Source: a candidate division Hyd24-12 bacterium UBA6080 (lineage in GTDB: Bacteria > Fermentibacterota > Fermentibacteria > Fermentibacterales > JCC-6). Taken from it: a stretch of DNA of 64,000 nucleotides. Location of the stretch: contig DIXM01000009.1 in the NCBI GenBank assembly GCA_002436025.1, positions 51,735 through 115,734 of the forward strand, read 5' to 3'. Under the pieces are notes generated by a model, which made no database searches, had not been told where the DNA came from, and saw only the letters and a program-made list of their open reading frames with translations. The position numbers and the translations under genes were made by a program. How positions within the stretch are numbered: position 1 is the first letter of the stretch; each line of letters begins with the position of its first letter. Shown here piece by piece: positions 27,677 through 36,900 of this stretch.

Positions 27677-28837
27677 ATGGACGGTCTGATCTATCTGGAC
27701 AACTCAGCGACATCTTTTCCGAAACCCCAGGTAGTCTACGATTTCATGAAGGAGTTCTACCAGTCCCACGGAGTCAGTCCGGGACGCTCCGGGTTCGACA
27801 AGGCCCTCGAGGCCGAAGAGGTGGTTCACTCCACCCGCAAACTCCTGACCGAGCTGTTCAACGGCACTGACCCCAACCGCCTCACCTTCAGCTACAACGC
27901 CACAGACTCGCTGAACAGGATAATCCAGGGGATGGTCTCGAAGGGCGACCACGTCATAACGACCAACCTCGAGCACAACTCGGTGCTCCGCCCGCTTTAT
28001 CACAGGAAGCACGAAGGCGACATCGACGTCACCTACATTCCCTTCGACAGCAGGGGCTACATCGACCCCGACGACGTGAAAAGGGCCTTCCGGAAGAACA
28101 CCCGGCTCGTGATAGTCAACCATTCGTCCAACATCATCGGCACGGTTCAGCCCGTGGCGGAGATAGGCAGATACTGCAGGGAGGCCGGCGTCTATTTCGC
28201 GGTCGACGCCAGCCAGAGCGCGGGTGCCGTTCCCATAGACGTAAAGGCCATGAACATCGACCTTCTGGCCTTCACCGGGCACAAATGCCTCATGGGGCCC
28301 ACCGGCATCGGCGGGTCCTACGTGGGAGAGAACGTTCCCATAAAGTGCACCATCTTCGGCGGAACCGGCGTGAGGTCGGCCCACCCGTTCCATCTTGACG
28401 AGTTCCCCTACCGCATGGAGGCGGGAACCCTGAACACCGTAGGTGTCGCGGGGCTCTTCGCGGGGGTGAAATGGGTGCTCAGCGAGGGCATGGACAACAT
28501 CCATTCACATGAGATGCGTCTGTGGGACAAACTTCGCAGGGGTGTGCAGGCCATCGACGGGGTCACCACCTACTGCGCCGACGACACAGAGAACCAGAAC
28601 CCCGTGCTCAGCCTCAACATAGACGGATGGCTGGCGGGAGACGCGGGAACGATGCTGGACGTAGATCACAACATAGCCACCCGCACGGGGTTGCAGTGCG
28701 CGCCACTGGTGCATGTCCAGCTGGGGACCGACAAACTTCACGGCACAGTGCGGTTCAGTGCCGGCCCCTTCAACACCGAAGCGGAGATAGACACCTCGAT
28801 CGAAGCGGTTCGCGAGATCGCTTCAATGAAGAAGTAG
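27677..28837 (+). CDS. Class V aminotransferase-fold cysteine desulfurase family protein
   Basis: IYLDNSATSFPKP, NLEHNSVLRP, AVDASQSAG, FTGHKCLMGPTGIGG (PLP lysine) and the C-terminal ATRTGLQCAPL loop typical of NifS/CsdA-like enzymes. RBS GGAAGGAAA. Confidence 0.88.
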   Translation: MDGLIYLDNSATSFPKPQVVYDFMKEFYQSHGVSPGRSGFDKALEAEEVVHSTRKLLTELFNGTDPNRLTFSYNATDSLNRIIQGMVSKGDHVITTNLEHNSVLRPLYHRKHEGDIDVTYIPFDSRGYIDPDDVKRAFRKNTRLVIVNHSSNIIGTVQPVAEIGRYCREAGVYFAVDASQSAGAVPIDVKAMNIDLLAFTGHKCLMGPTGIGGSYVGENVPIKCTIFGGTGVRSAHPFHLDEFPYRMEAGTLNTVGVAGLFAGVKWVLSEGMDNIHSHEMRLWDKLRRGVQAIDGVTTYCADDTENQNPVLSLNIDGWLAGDAGTMLDVDHNIATRTGLQCAPLVHVQLGTDKLHGTVRFSAGPFNTEAEIDTSIEAVREIASMKK

Positions 28838-28874
28838 CCCGGTCTCAACGGGGCACAAACAGAGGGACAGGTCG

Positions 28875-29192
28875 ATGGACATTGTAAGGGTGAACGACAG
28901 GGAACTTCATGTGGACGGCGACGGATTCCTGCAGGAACCGGAACTCTGGGATGAAGCGGTCGCGGTCGAGTTCGCAAGGCTCGACGGCACCGGTGAACTC
29001 GGCCCCAAGCACTGGGAGTTGATCACGTACATCCGTGCGTTCTGGAAGGATTCGGACATGGCGCCCACAGTCAGGAGCCTTTGCAAGGAAAGCGGGCTCA
29101 AACTGAAGGAACTGTACGAGCTCTTTCCCAAGGGTCCCGCCAGGGGAGCATGCAAGATCGCCGGTCTGCCCAAACCTGACGGTTGCGTGTAA
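28875..29192 (+). CDS. dsrC: DsrC/TusE-family sulfur-relay protein, DsrC type (both C-terminal cysteines)
   Basis: GFLQEPELWDE...HWELITYIRAFW...LFPKGPARGACKIAGLPKPDGCV. Penultimate Cys plus a second Cys 10 residues upstream. Confidence 0.9.
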   Translation: MDIVRVNDRELHVDGDGFLQEPELWDEAVAVEFARLDGTGELGPKHWELITYIRAFWKDSDMAPTVRSLCKESGLKLKELYELFPKGPARGACKIAGLPKPDGCV

Positions 29193-29208
29193 GAAGAAGG
29201 GGTGGGTC

Positions 29209-30102
29209 TCAGGACCTCGTGATCCTTGCGATCAACCCGTCCCGGGGGATCGTCGATATCGAGGCTACCTGTGACGGGTCGAACCCCATGCACACCGCAA
29301 GAAGCTGGTTGTAGTCGAATACGGGGAAGGCGCAGGCCGAATCGCCGTTCTTTTTATTCATCTCGTTCTGCATCCTGTCCATGTGTTCAAGACAGGTGAT
29401 GCAGGACACGACGATCAACTCGGCGTCGGTTTCCTTTTTCATGGCATCGAGCTTCTTGAAGGCGAACTCCGACGCACCTGCAAAGCTTCCCTTGGTAAAA
29501 CCGCCGGCCCCTCCGCAGCACTGCAGCTCCCGGCTGTAGGTTTGCACCGTTGCGCCCAGTGCCTCCACCAGTTCCTGCAGCATGCGGGGCCGCCCCGGTG
29601 GTGAGTCGAACCCCACGATCTCGCTTGGGAAGAGCGTGTGGCAGGGGTACTGAACCGTGGCGTTCACGCCCTCGAGGGGGAACTTCAGGGCGCCGCGAAT
29701 GGTCTCGGTGCCCACATCGTTGTAGAGCACGTCAATGATGTGCCGTACTGCCACGGTTCCGCTGAAGCTCTTTCCCGCCGGTTTCAGAAGCCGGTTCACG
29801 GCTTCCCTCTTCTCACCGTCTTCCAGAAGCTTTTTTCGGGCAATCCGCAGTGAGCTGTAGCACGAGCCGCACTCGGTCACGAGGTCGACGCCCATCTCCT
29901 CGGCGATTGAGAAGTTCCACGCGCTCACTGCAAGCCCCGCCGTCTCGTCGGCGGACGGGAACGCGCCGAAGGCCGGGCAGCACACACTTCCCTCGAGGTC
30001 GACCAGCTCGGCTCCGAGAGCGGGCATAGTGAGCCTTATCGCCCGTTCAACATCGGGTCTCACCGCCGGAACATTGCATCCGAGGAAGAATCCGTACTTC
30101 AT
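29209..30102 (-). CDS. hdrB: Heterodisulfide reductase subunit B-like (two CCG domains)
   Basis: YGFFLGCNVP..., CCPAFG and QCCGGAGG cysteine-rich CCG motifs. Confidence 0.9.
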   Translation of the reverse strand: MKYGFFLGCNVPAVRPDVERAIRLTMPALGAELVDLEGSVCCPAFGAFPSADETAGLAVSAWNFSIAEEMGVDLVTECGSCYSSLRIARKKLLEDGEKREAVNRLLKPAGKSFSGTVAVRHIIDVLYNDVGTETIRGALKFPLEGVNATVQYPCHTLFPSEIVGFDSPPGRPRMLQELVEALGATVQTYSRELQCCGGAGGFTKGSFAGASEFAFKKLDAMKKETDAELIVVSCITCLEHMDRMQNEMNKKNGDSACAFPVFDYNQLLAVCMGFDPSQVASISTIPRDGLIARITRS

Positions 30103-30105
30103 TGG

Positions 30106-30615
30106 TCAGTCCTTGAACATGTATTCGTTGTCTCGTACGATGTCGGTGTTTCTCAGCATCTCCCTGAACTTCTCCAGAAGCTCGGGGAACTTCACGATTG
30201 TGGGAGGGACCTCGTCGAGCCCCACCGCCCGCCTCTTTTCCCTGACCTGGCCCAGCGCCTGGGTGTGCCCGGTCTCGAATATCTCGGAGATGGCGGCGGG
30301 AATGAACGTTTCGTCGTTCCGGCTCTGCCATCGTCTTATCGCCAGGCACACCTCGAAGGGATGGACCCCCATCGGGCACATCTCCTCACAAGCGGAGCAT
30401 GTGACGCAGAGCCAGGGCGTCTCATCCTCGAGAAGCGCTTCCTCGAGCCCCAGAAGGACCTTCCGGACCAGGTTGCGTATGAGGAGGGGAGGGGAACCCT
30501 CGGCTGCGGGGCAACCCGCCACGCAGGTATTGCAGTTGAAGCATTTCCTGATGTCGCCGCACGACTCGGTGATCTCGCGCCAGAGCGCGGTATTGATGTT
30601 CGTCAGGTCGGTCAT
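30106..30615 (-). CDS. hdrC: Heterodisulfide reductase subunit C-like (2x[4Fe-4S])
   Basis: CFNCNTCVAGCP and CVTCSACEEMCP ferredoxin motifs. Size and position directly upstream of hdrB. Confidence 0.88.
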   Translation of the reverse strand: MTDLTNINTALWREITESCGDIRKCFNCNTCVAGCPAAEGSPPLLIRNLVRKVLLGLEEALLEDETPWLCVTCSACEEMCPMGVHPFEVCLAIRRWQSRNDETFIPAAISEIFETGHTQALGQVREKRRAVGLDEVPPTIVKFPELLEKFREMLRNTDIVRDNEYMFKD

Positions 30616-30616
30616 G

Positions 30617-31456
30617 TCAGTACTCTCCCGGCAGGGTGCTCAGACGGGCCGTGCTGAAAACCGGACCGTCCGTGCACACATAGGCTTCCCCGATGTTGCA
30701 CCGTCCGCATTTGCCAATGCCGCACTTCATCTTCATCTCGAGCGACAGGAAGATCCTTTCGGGCGGAAGGCCCAGCTCTGTCAGAACGGGGAGTGTGTAC
30801 CTTATCATTGCCGGGGGGCCGCACACCAGGGCTGTGGTTTTCCCGGCATCGATGGAGAGCTCCCTCACGACGGCCGGCACCACTCCGGTCCTGCCGGTCC
30901 ACGAATCATCCGGGGTATCGACCGTAACACGAAGGTCGATGTCGTTCCTTTTGCCCCATTCCAGAAGGTCCTGCCGGTAGAGAAGGAGACCGGGGTTCCT
31001 GGCGCCGTACACAACTGTCAGGTCGCCGAAGAGACCGCGGTTGTCCGGGTGCAGGGCGTATCCCGTGAAGGCGCGCAGTGTTGAGAAGCCGAACCCCCCT
31101 CCCACGACAAGGACGTTCCGGCCCTCCAGTTCCTCGAGTGGGTACCCGTTTCCCAGCGGACCCCTCATTCCTACAGAGTCCCCGGTTTCCAGGTTGTGAA
31201 GCTCCGATGTGACAAGGCCTATCCTGCTGACCGTGAAATCCAGCAAACCTGGGTCGACAGGTGACGATGCGATACCGAATGGCGCCTCCCCCGTACCAAG
31301 CAGGGATAGTTCAGCGAACTGCCCGGCCCTGAAGCTGAAGGCTTCCGAGTCCCCTTTTCTCGCGAATGACAGCGAAAGCGTCCGGATGCTGCCGTCATCG
31401 GTCTCTGTCACGCTCTTCGAAACCCTCATGGGAAAGGGCAGGTAGGGGTTCATCAT
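30617..31456 (-). CDS. FAD/NAD(P)-binding oxidoreductase with C-terminal [2Fe-2S] (HydG/AsrB/FlxA-like)
   Basis: FRAGQFAELS...GEAPFGIASSP (FAD site), VLVVGGGFGFS (NAD(P) Rossmann), C-terminal CGIGKCGRCNIG. Confidence 0.85.
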   Translation of the reverse strand: MMNPYLPFPMRVSKSVTETDDGSIRTLSLSFARKGDSEAFSFRAGQFAELSLLGTGEAPFGIASSPVDPGLLDFTVSRIGLVTSELHNLETGDSVGMRGPLGNGYPLEELEGRNVLVVGGGFGFSTLRAFTGYALHPDNRGLFGDLTVVYGARNPGLLLYRQDLLEWGKRNDIDLRVTVDTPDDSWTGRTGVVPAVVRELSIDAGKTTALVCGPPAMIRYTLPVLTELGLPPERIFLSLEMKMKCGIGKCGRCNIGEAYVCTDGPVFSTARLSTLPGEY

Positions 31457-31457
31457 C

Positions 31458-32516
31458 CTACTCCTCTCCCGGTTTGTTGTGGAAGAACGCCATGATCCTG
31501 CGGATGTCGAGGTTCACCGGGCATTCAGTGACGCACCGGCCGCACCCCACGCAGCCCACTGTGCCGTACCTGTCGGCGCAGAAGCTGAACTTGTGCATGA
31601 AGCGCTGGCGGTACCTTTCCCTGTAAGTGGGCCTGGGGTTGAACCCCGAAGCCTGCCGCGTGAAACAGGGGAACTGGCACGAGTCCCAGATCCGGTTTCT
31701 CACACGGGAGTTTCCGCAAACCTCATCGACGATGTCAAAGCAGTGACAGGTCGGACAAACGTAGGTGCAGACCCCGCACCCCACGCACTTCTCAGTCAGT
31801 GCGTTCCAGGCAGCCGCATCGAAGGAGCCGTCCAGCGACTCCTTCAGGACGGACAGGCCGACCCTGGGCTGCATCTCCGCCATGCACAGTTCTGCGGTCT
31901 TTCTGACGGCCTGCACAGAGCTTTCATCGGCTTGAGCGAGCCCGTGCTGCGAAAGGAACCTGGCGCCCTTTTCGGTCACGGTGAACACGATGTACTCATC
32001 CCCGTGCTCCGCCATGAGCAGGTCGGACCCCTCGGTCGAGAACGGACCACCACCGGTCGTGGTGCAGAAACACGTCGTGTGCGGGTGCGAACACCCCAGG
32101 GAGACAACGAGCAGCGATTCCCTCCTCCTGGCGTAATAGGTGTCGCGGTCAGCCTCTCCGTCGAAAACACCGTCGAGGAAGCGTATTCCCCTGGCGTCGC
32201 AGGGGCGGACACCGAACAGGACCACCCGGCCGGGTTCAGGGGTGTGTTCGACAACATCCTCCCCTTCAGGGGACGAACACGGGCATGACAGAAGTGTTTC
32301 CACCTGGGGCAGTACGACGCCCTTCGGGGACGAGACGCTGTTCGAGTAATCGAGCGCGGCCTCGGTGCCGGAGGATATCGCCCTGAAGCTTACCACGCCG
32401 TCATGTTTCACAGGGGCAACCACGGTGCAATCAGGATCGGCCAGAAGCCCGTCCAGGAAACCGGCCATATCGCCCTTCCCCAAACGCACTGAAAGCATCT
32501 CCTTCATTCCGCGCAT
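31458..32516 (-). CDS. 4Fe-4S dicluster protein (HydB/AsrA/FlxB-like)
   Basis: CVGCGVCTYVCPTCHCFD and CVGCGRCVTECP motifs. Paralogue of 49313-50341. ATG 32507 would give an ATGA overlap with the upstream stop and may be the true start. Confidence 0.82.
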   Translation of the reverse strand: MRGMKEMLSVRLGKGDMAGFLDGLLADPDCTVVAPVKHDGVVSFRAISSGTEAALDYSNSVSSPKGVVLPQVETLLSCPCSSPEGEDVVEHTPEPGRVVLFGVRPCDARGIRFLDGVFDGEADRDTYYARRRESLLVVSLGCSHPHTTCFCTTTGGGPFSTEGSDLLMAEHGDEYIVFTVTEKGARFLSQHGLAQADESSVQAVRKTAELCMAEMQPRVGLSVLKESLDGSFDAAAWNALTEKCVGCGVCTYVCPTCHCFDIVDEVCGNSRVRNRIWDSCQFPCFTRQASGFNPRPTYRERYRQRFMHKFSFCADRYGTVGCVGCGRCVTECPVNLDIRRIMAFFHNKPGEE

Positions 32517-33478
32517 GGTGATCCGCCCGTCATGAAATCCTCAGGGTCATCGGGTTCGAAACAGGAAAGCGGCGCCGGTTCGCTCAGGCTCATTCCCGGC
32601 CTGTACCCGAACATGCCTGCCACATCGGATGACACCTTCCGGTGAAGCGTGCGTATGTCAACGTTCATGGGACATGCCCGTTCACAGGCTCCGCACTCCA
32701 CGCACCTTCCCGCGAGGTGCAGCGAACGCATCAGATGGAAAGAGAGCGTGTCGCTTCCGCCGACACCCTTGCCCACCCACTGGGGCATCGTGGCGTCGAC
32801 GAAGCAGTTCGCACAGTAGCAGAGGGGGCACGCGTCGCGGCAGGCGTAACAGCGGATGCATCGGTCCATCTCCCCGGTGATCCGTGCCCACCTCTCGTCC
32901 GCCGGGACCGCAGCAAAGCTGGTCACGTCACGATACGTGTCGCCCGGCAGTTCCTGAACCGGCTCGCCCGCCAGAACGTCATGAATGACCGGGTTCCTTT
33001 GAGTGCAGACCCTGCAGCCCGAATGCAGGCATTCATCCCGGGGGATACGAACGGTCCGCGCGGCATCAGTGACAAGAAGAAAGCCGTCCCGTTCCTCGAC
33101 CGACAGTATCTCCCTGCCTTCGCACAGTCCGTGCAAAATGCTTTCATCGACCATGCCGTCGCAGGGAACTCCGATTATCACCAGGTTTTCCCTTTGGACC
33201 TGATTCTCCTTTATGAGTTCGACGATCGAGCGTGTGTCACAGCCCTTGGCAACAAGGGCTATCCGTTTGTCAAAGCGGCGTATGTACCTGCTCAGATTGT
33301 TGCCGCAGAATGAATTCCAGACAAGCCTCCCGGCATCGGCAGCATCGGAGACAAAACACGGCGTTGCCCGGAGGGGCAGGGAGCCCTGCTCGAAACCGAT
33401 GACCACGTCTACCGTGCCCTCGGCAAGGAGGTGTGCCGCCTCTTCGCGTATCCTTGCGGTGAGACCGGTGCGGCTCAC
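32504..33478 (-). CDS. Iron-sulfur protein, FrhB-like N-terminal region plus 4Fe-4S dicluster (FlxC-like)
   Basis: IALVAKGCDTRSIVELI...IIGVPCDG, then CIRCYACRDACPLCYC and CVECGACERACP. GTGA overlap with mvhD. Confidence 0.7.
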   Translation of the reverse strand: MSRTGLTARIREEAAHLLAEGTVDVVIGFEQGSLPLRATPCFVSDAADAGRLVWNSFCGNNLSRYIRRFDKRIALVAKGCDTRSIVELIKENQVQRENLVIIGVPCDGMVDESILHGLCEGREILSVEERDGFLLVTDAARTVRIPRDECLHSGCRVCTQRNPVIHDVLAGEPVQELPGDTYRDVTSFAAVPADERWARITGEMDRCIRCYACRDACPLCYCANCFVDATMPQWVGKGVGGSDTLSFHLMRSLHLAGRCVECGACERACPMNVDIRTLHRKVSSDVAGMFGYRPGMSLSEPAPLSCFEPDDPEDFMTGGSPCAE

Positions 33479-33945
33479 TTCCGAACCCCCGTTCCGACCA
33501 TCTGCCTCACGGGGCCCAGAGCCCGCACGGTTTCGGTGACCGAGCCCATCACATCCGCGAACCTGCCGCCCTCCGATGCGGATATCCAGGTGAAGTGAAG
33601 CCTGCCCTCCTCGATGCCTATGTGGTCAAGCAGGCCCTTCAAAAGGGCGAACTTGCGGCGTGCGCTGTAGTTGCCGCTTATGTAATGGCAGTCGCCGGGG
33701 TGGCAGCCGCTCACGATGACTCCGTCGGCGCCCTTCTGGAAAGCCGACAGAATGAAGAACGGGCTGATCCGTCCCGAACAGGGCACCCTTATGACCCTCA
33801 CGTTGGGCGGGTACTGAAGCCGCCCCACCCCGGCCAGGTCGGCGCCGGCGTAACTGCACCAGTTGCAGAGAAAGGCGATTATCCGGGGTTCCCACTCCAC
33901 GGCCTGGTTCTCCATCCCTTCCCCTTCGCGCAATTCCGTGTTCAT
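33475..33945 (-). CDS. mvhD: MvhD/FlxD-like [2Fe-2S] protein (methyl-viologen-reducing hydrogenase delta subunit family)
   Basis: IIAFLCNWCSYAGADLAG...IRVPCSGRI...GADGVIVSGCHPGDCHY signature. ATG 33945 forms an ATGA overlap with the hdrA stop; the track ORF extends to 34038. Confidence 0.9.
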   Translation of the reverse strand: MNTELREGEGMENQAVEWEPRIIAFLCNWCSYAGADLAGVGRLQYPPNVRVIRVPCSGRISPFFILSAFQKGADGVIVSGCHPGDCHYISGNYSARRKFALLKGLLDHIGIEEGRLHFTWISASEGGRFADVMGSVTETVRALGPVRQMVGTGVRK

Positions 33946-36900
33946 GACCGCAGCACACTTGTCTGTATCATCGAGAATATCTCGTTGTCGGTGAACCCCT
34001 TTATCCCGGCTGCGCCGCTGCGGCACGACGACGCGCATACGCCGCAGCCCTTGCAGAGGGCCTCGTTCACAGCCGCAATGCTCTCGTTGTCAACAAGATC
34101 AATTGCGCCGTAGGGGCAGAGTTCCACGCACAACCCGCAGCCCCTGCACCTGTTCCTGTCTATGAAACTGACGGTTCCGCCGGCTTCGATGAAATCACGG
34201 GACAGGATGACGGCGGCCCTCGAGGCCGCGGCCCCGGCCTGGATCATGCTCTCTCCGATGAGCTTGGGGCTGTGGGCCAACCCGCAGACGAAGACGCCCT
34301 CGGAGGGGAAATCGACAGGACGTAGCTTGATGTGCGATTCCATGAAAAAGCCGTCCTCGTTCAGTGGGACCTTGAACATCCCCGCAAGCTCCCTGGCCCC
34401 GGGTGACGGGACTATGGCCGTGGCGAGTCCCAGGACATCGGCGTCGACCGAGAGCTCCTCGTTGAGTATCAGGTCGGTCACGGTGACCCTGACGCGTTCC
34501 TCTCCGTCGCGAATGACCAGCTCGACCGTGGGCTTCTGCTCAGGGTCGTACTGAAGGAACTGCACGCCCGCTTCCCGCGCCTCGAGGTAGTACTGCTCGA
34601 GGAACCCGTAGGTTCGAATGTCGCGGTAGAGCACGTAGATGTTCGCATCGGGGCTGGCTTTCCTGATCTCGAGGGCGATCTTGACGGATTTGCTGCAGCA
34701 GGTACGGCTGCAGTAGGGCCTCTCGGCGTCCCGGGAACCAACGCACTGGATAAGCACGATGTTCCTCGCCCCGAGGACAAGGGGGTTCTTCGCGGCCACT
34801 TCGCCCTCGAGTTCCAGAAGCGAGAAGACGCGGGGGCTCTGTCCGTACAGGTACTCACCGGTCCGGTACGGCTCGCCCCCCGAGGCTATCACGGCCACGC
34901 CGTGTGTGACCTCGGTCCTGCCGCCACCGGAGGTGTGTTCAAGCGTGGTGGTGAAGTTGCCAACGAACCCCCGAACATCGCTGATGCGGGATTCGGTGTG
35001 AAGCGTTATCAGCGGTTCGTTCGAAATCCTTTCCGAAAGCTCCTTCACGAACCCGGGAACATCCATGCCCTCGATGGTGGAATGAAGCCTTCGGGCGTTG
35101 CCGCCCAGCACGGAAGACATCTCCACCAGGTGAACCCCGAACCCCAGCGACGCGAGAGCAAGTGCGTTCACCATGCCCGCGATGCCGCCCCCCACCACAA
35201 GGGCCGACCTGTTCACATCGAGCCTGGTCTGGAACAGGGGCTCGATAAGCTTTGCCTTCGCCACGGACATCCGGACAAGGTCCTTTGCCTTTTGTGTGGC
35301 CATTTCTGGCTGGTCCTGATGGACCCAGGAACACTGGTCCCGGATGTTTGCCATCTCGAACAGGTACTTGTTGAGGCCAGCTTCCCGCATCGTCTCCATG
35401 AAAAGCGGCTCATGGGTCCTGGGCGTGCACGCCGCAACGACTACCCGGTTGAGCCGGTGGGTGGCTATGCAGTCCTTTATCCTGTGCTGGTTGTCCTGCG
35501 AGCAGGAGAAGAGGGCGTCATCCACGTAAACCACGTTCGGAAGGGTCTGAGCGTAGGCTTTGACCTCGGCGATGTTCACGACGCTGCTTATGTTGATGCC
35601 GCAGTGGCAGATGAAAACCCCGATGCGGGGTTTCCCCCCGGCCGCAACAGTTTCCCGGGGGTACGACTTCGCAAGGGTGAGGTTGTGCCTGGAACCGGCC
35701 AGAAGGGCCGAGGCTTCTGCTGCTGCAGCGCTTGCCCCCATGACCGTCTCGGGGATGTCCTTCGGGCCTGTGAAAGCCCCCGCGGCGAATATCCCGGGTG
35801 AGGAAGTGCCGACCGGCGAGAAGACCCCGGTTGCGCAGAACCCGTGCTCGTTCAGCTCGAGGCCCAGCCTCTTCGCCATCTCGCGGTTGGCGCTGCCCTG
35901 AACCATCCCCACGGACAGAACGACGAGGTCGTAGACTTCCTCGCGGATCGCGCCATTCTCAACGTACCTGAGCGTGAGGTTCTCGGAGCGGTCACGGTAT
36001 ATCCGGTGTATCTCGGACTTCACGAACCTGACTCCATGACAGCTCTTCGCGCGTTCGTAGTAACGCTCGAAGCCCTTGCCGTGGGTCCTTATATCGATGT
36101 AGAAGATGGTCGTGCCAAGTTCGGAACCTGAGTGCTCCTTTGCGACCACCGCCTCCTTGATGGCGTAGGTGCAGCACACCGAGGAGCAGTAGTTGTTGTG
36201 CACGCGGTGCGTGTCCCGCGAGCCCACGCACTGTATCCATGCGATGTTCCGCGGCGCCTTCCCGTCCGACGGCCTGAGCAGTCTGCCCTGATATGGCCCG
36301 GAGGCGCTGAGTATCCTCTCGAACTCCATGCTTGTTATCACGTTGGGGAAAGCTCCGTAGCCGTAGTTGGCCAGAAGGCCTGCATCGAACGCCTCGAAAC
36401 CCGGACACGCAATGACGGCCCCCACGTAGAGCGCAAGGGTCTTCGGCTCCATGCAAAGATCTATCGCGCCGGCGCTGCATGTCTTCTCGCAGAGCCTGCA
36501 CTTTCTGCACACGTCCATGTCGATCTCGAACGAGGGCGGATACGCCTGCTCGTAAAGGCGGAACACCGCCTTCTTCCCGTTCAGCCCCCTGTTGAACGGA
36601 TCGGGCAGCCCGACCGGGCACTTTTTCGCGCATTCGCCGCAGCCCGTGCACTTGAGGGGGTCGACGTACCTTGGCTCCTGTCGAACCGTGGCCGTGAATG
36701 CGCCCGGGTTTCCCTCGATGCCAAGGAATTCGGAGTTGGTGAGTATCTCGATGTTCAGGTGCCTGCCGCACTCGACCAGCTTGGGGGAGAGGATGCACAT
36801 TGAGCAGTCGTTGGTGGGGAACGTCTTGTCCAGCGCGGCCATGGTGCCGCCTATGGCTCCAAGCTTCTCCACCAGATAGACCTTGAACCCCGAATCGGCA

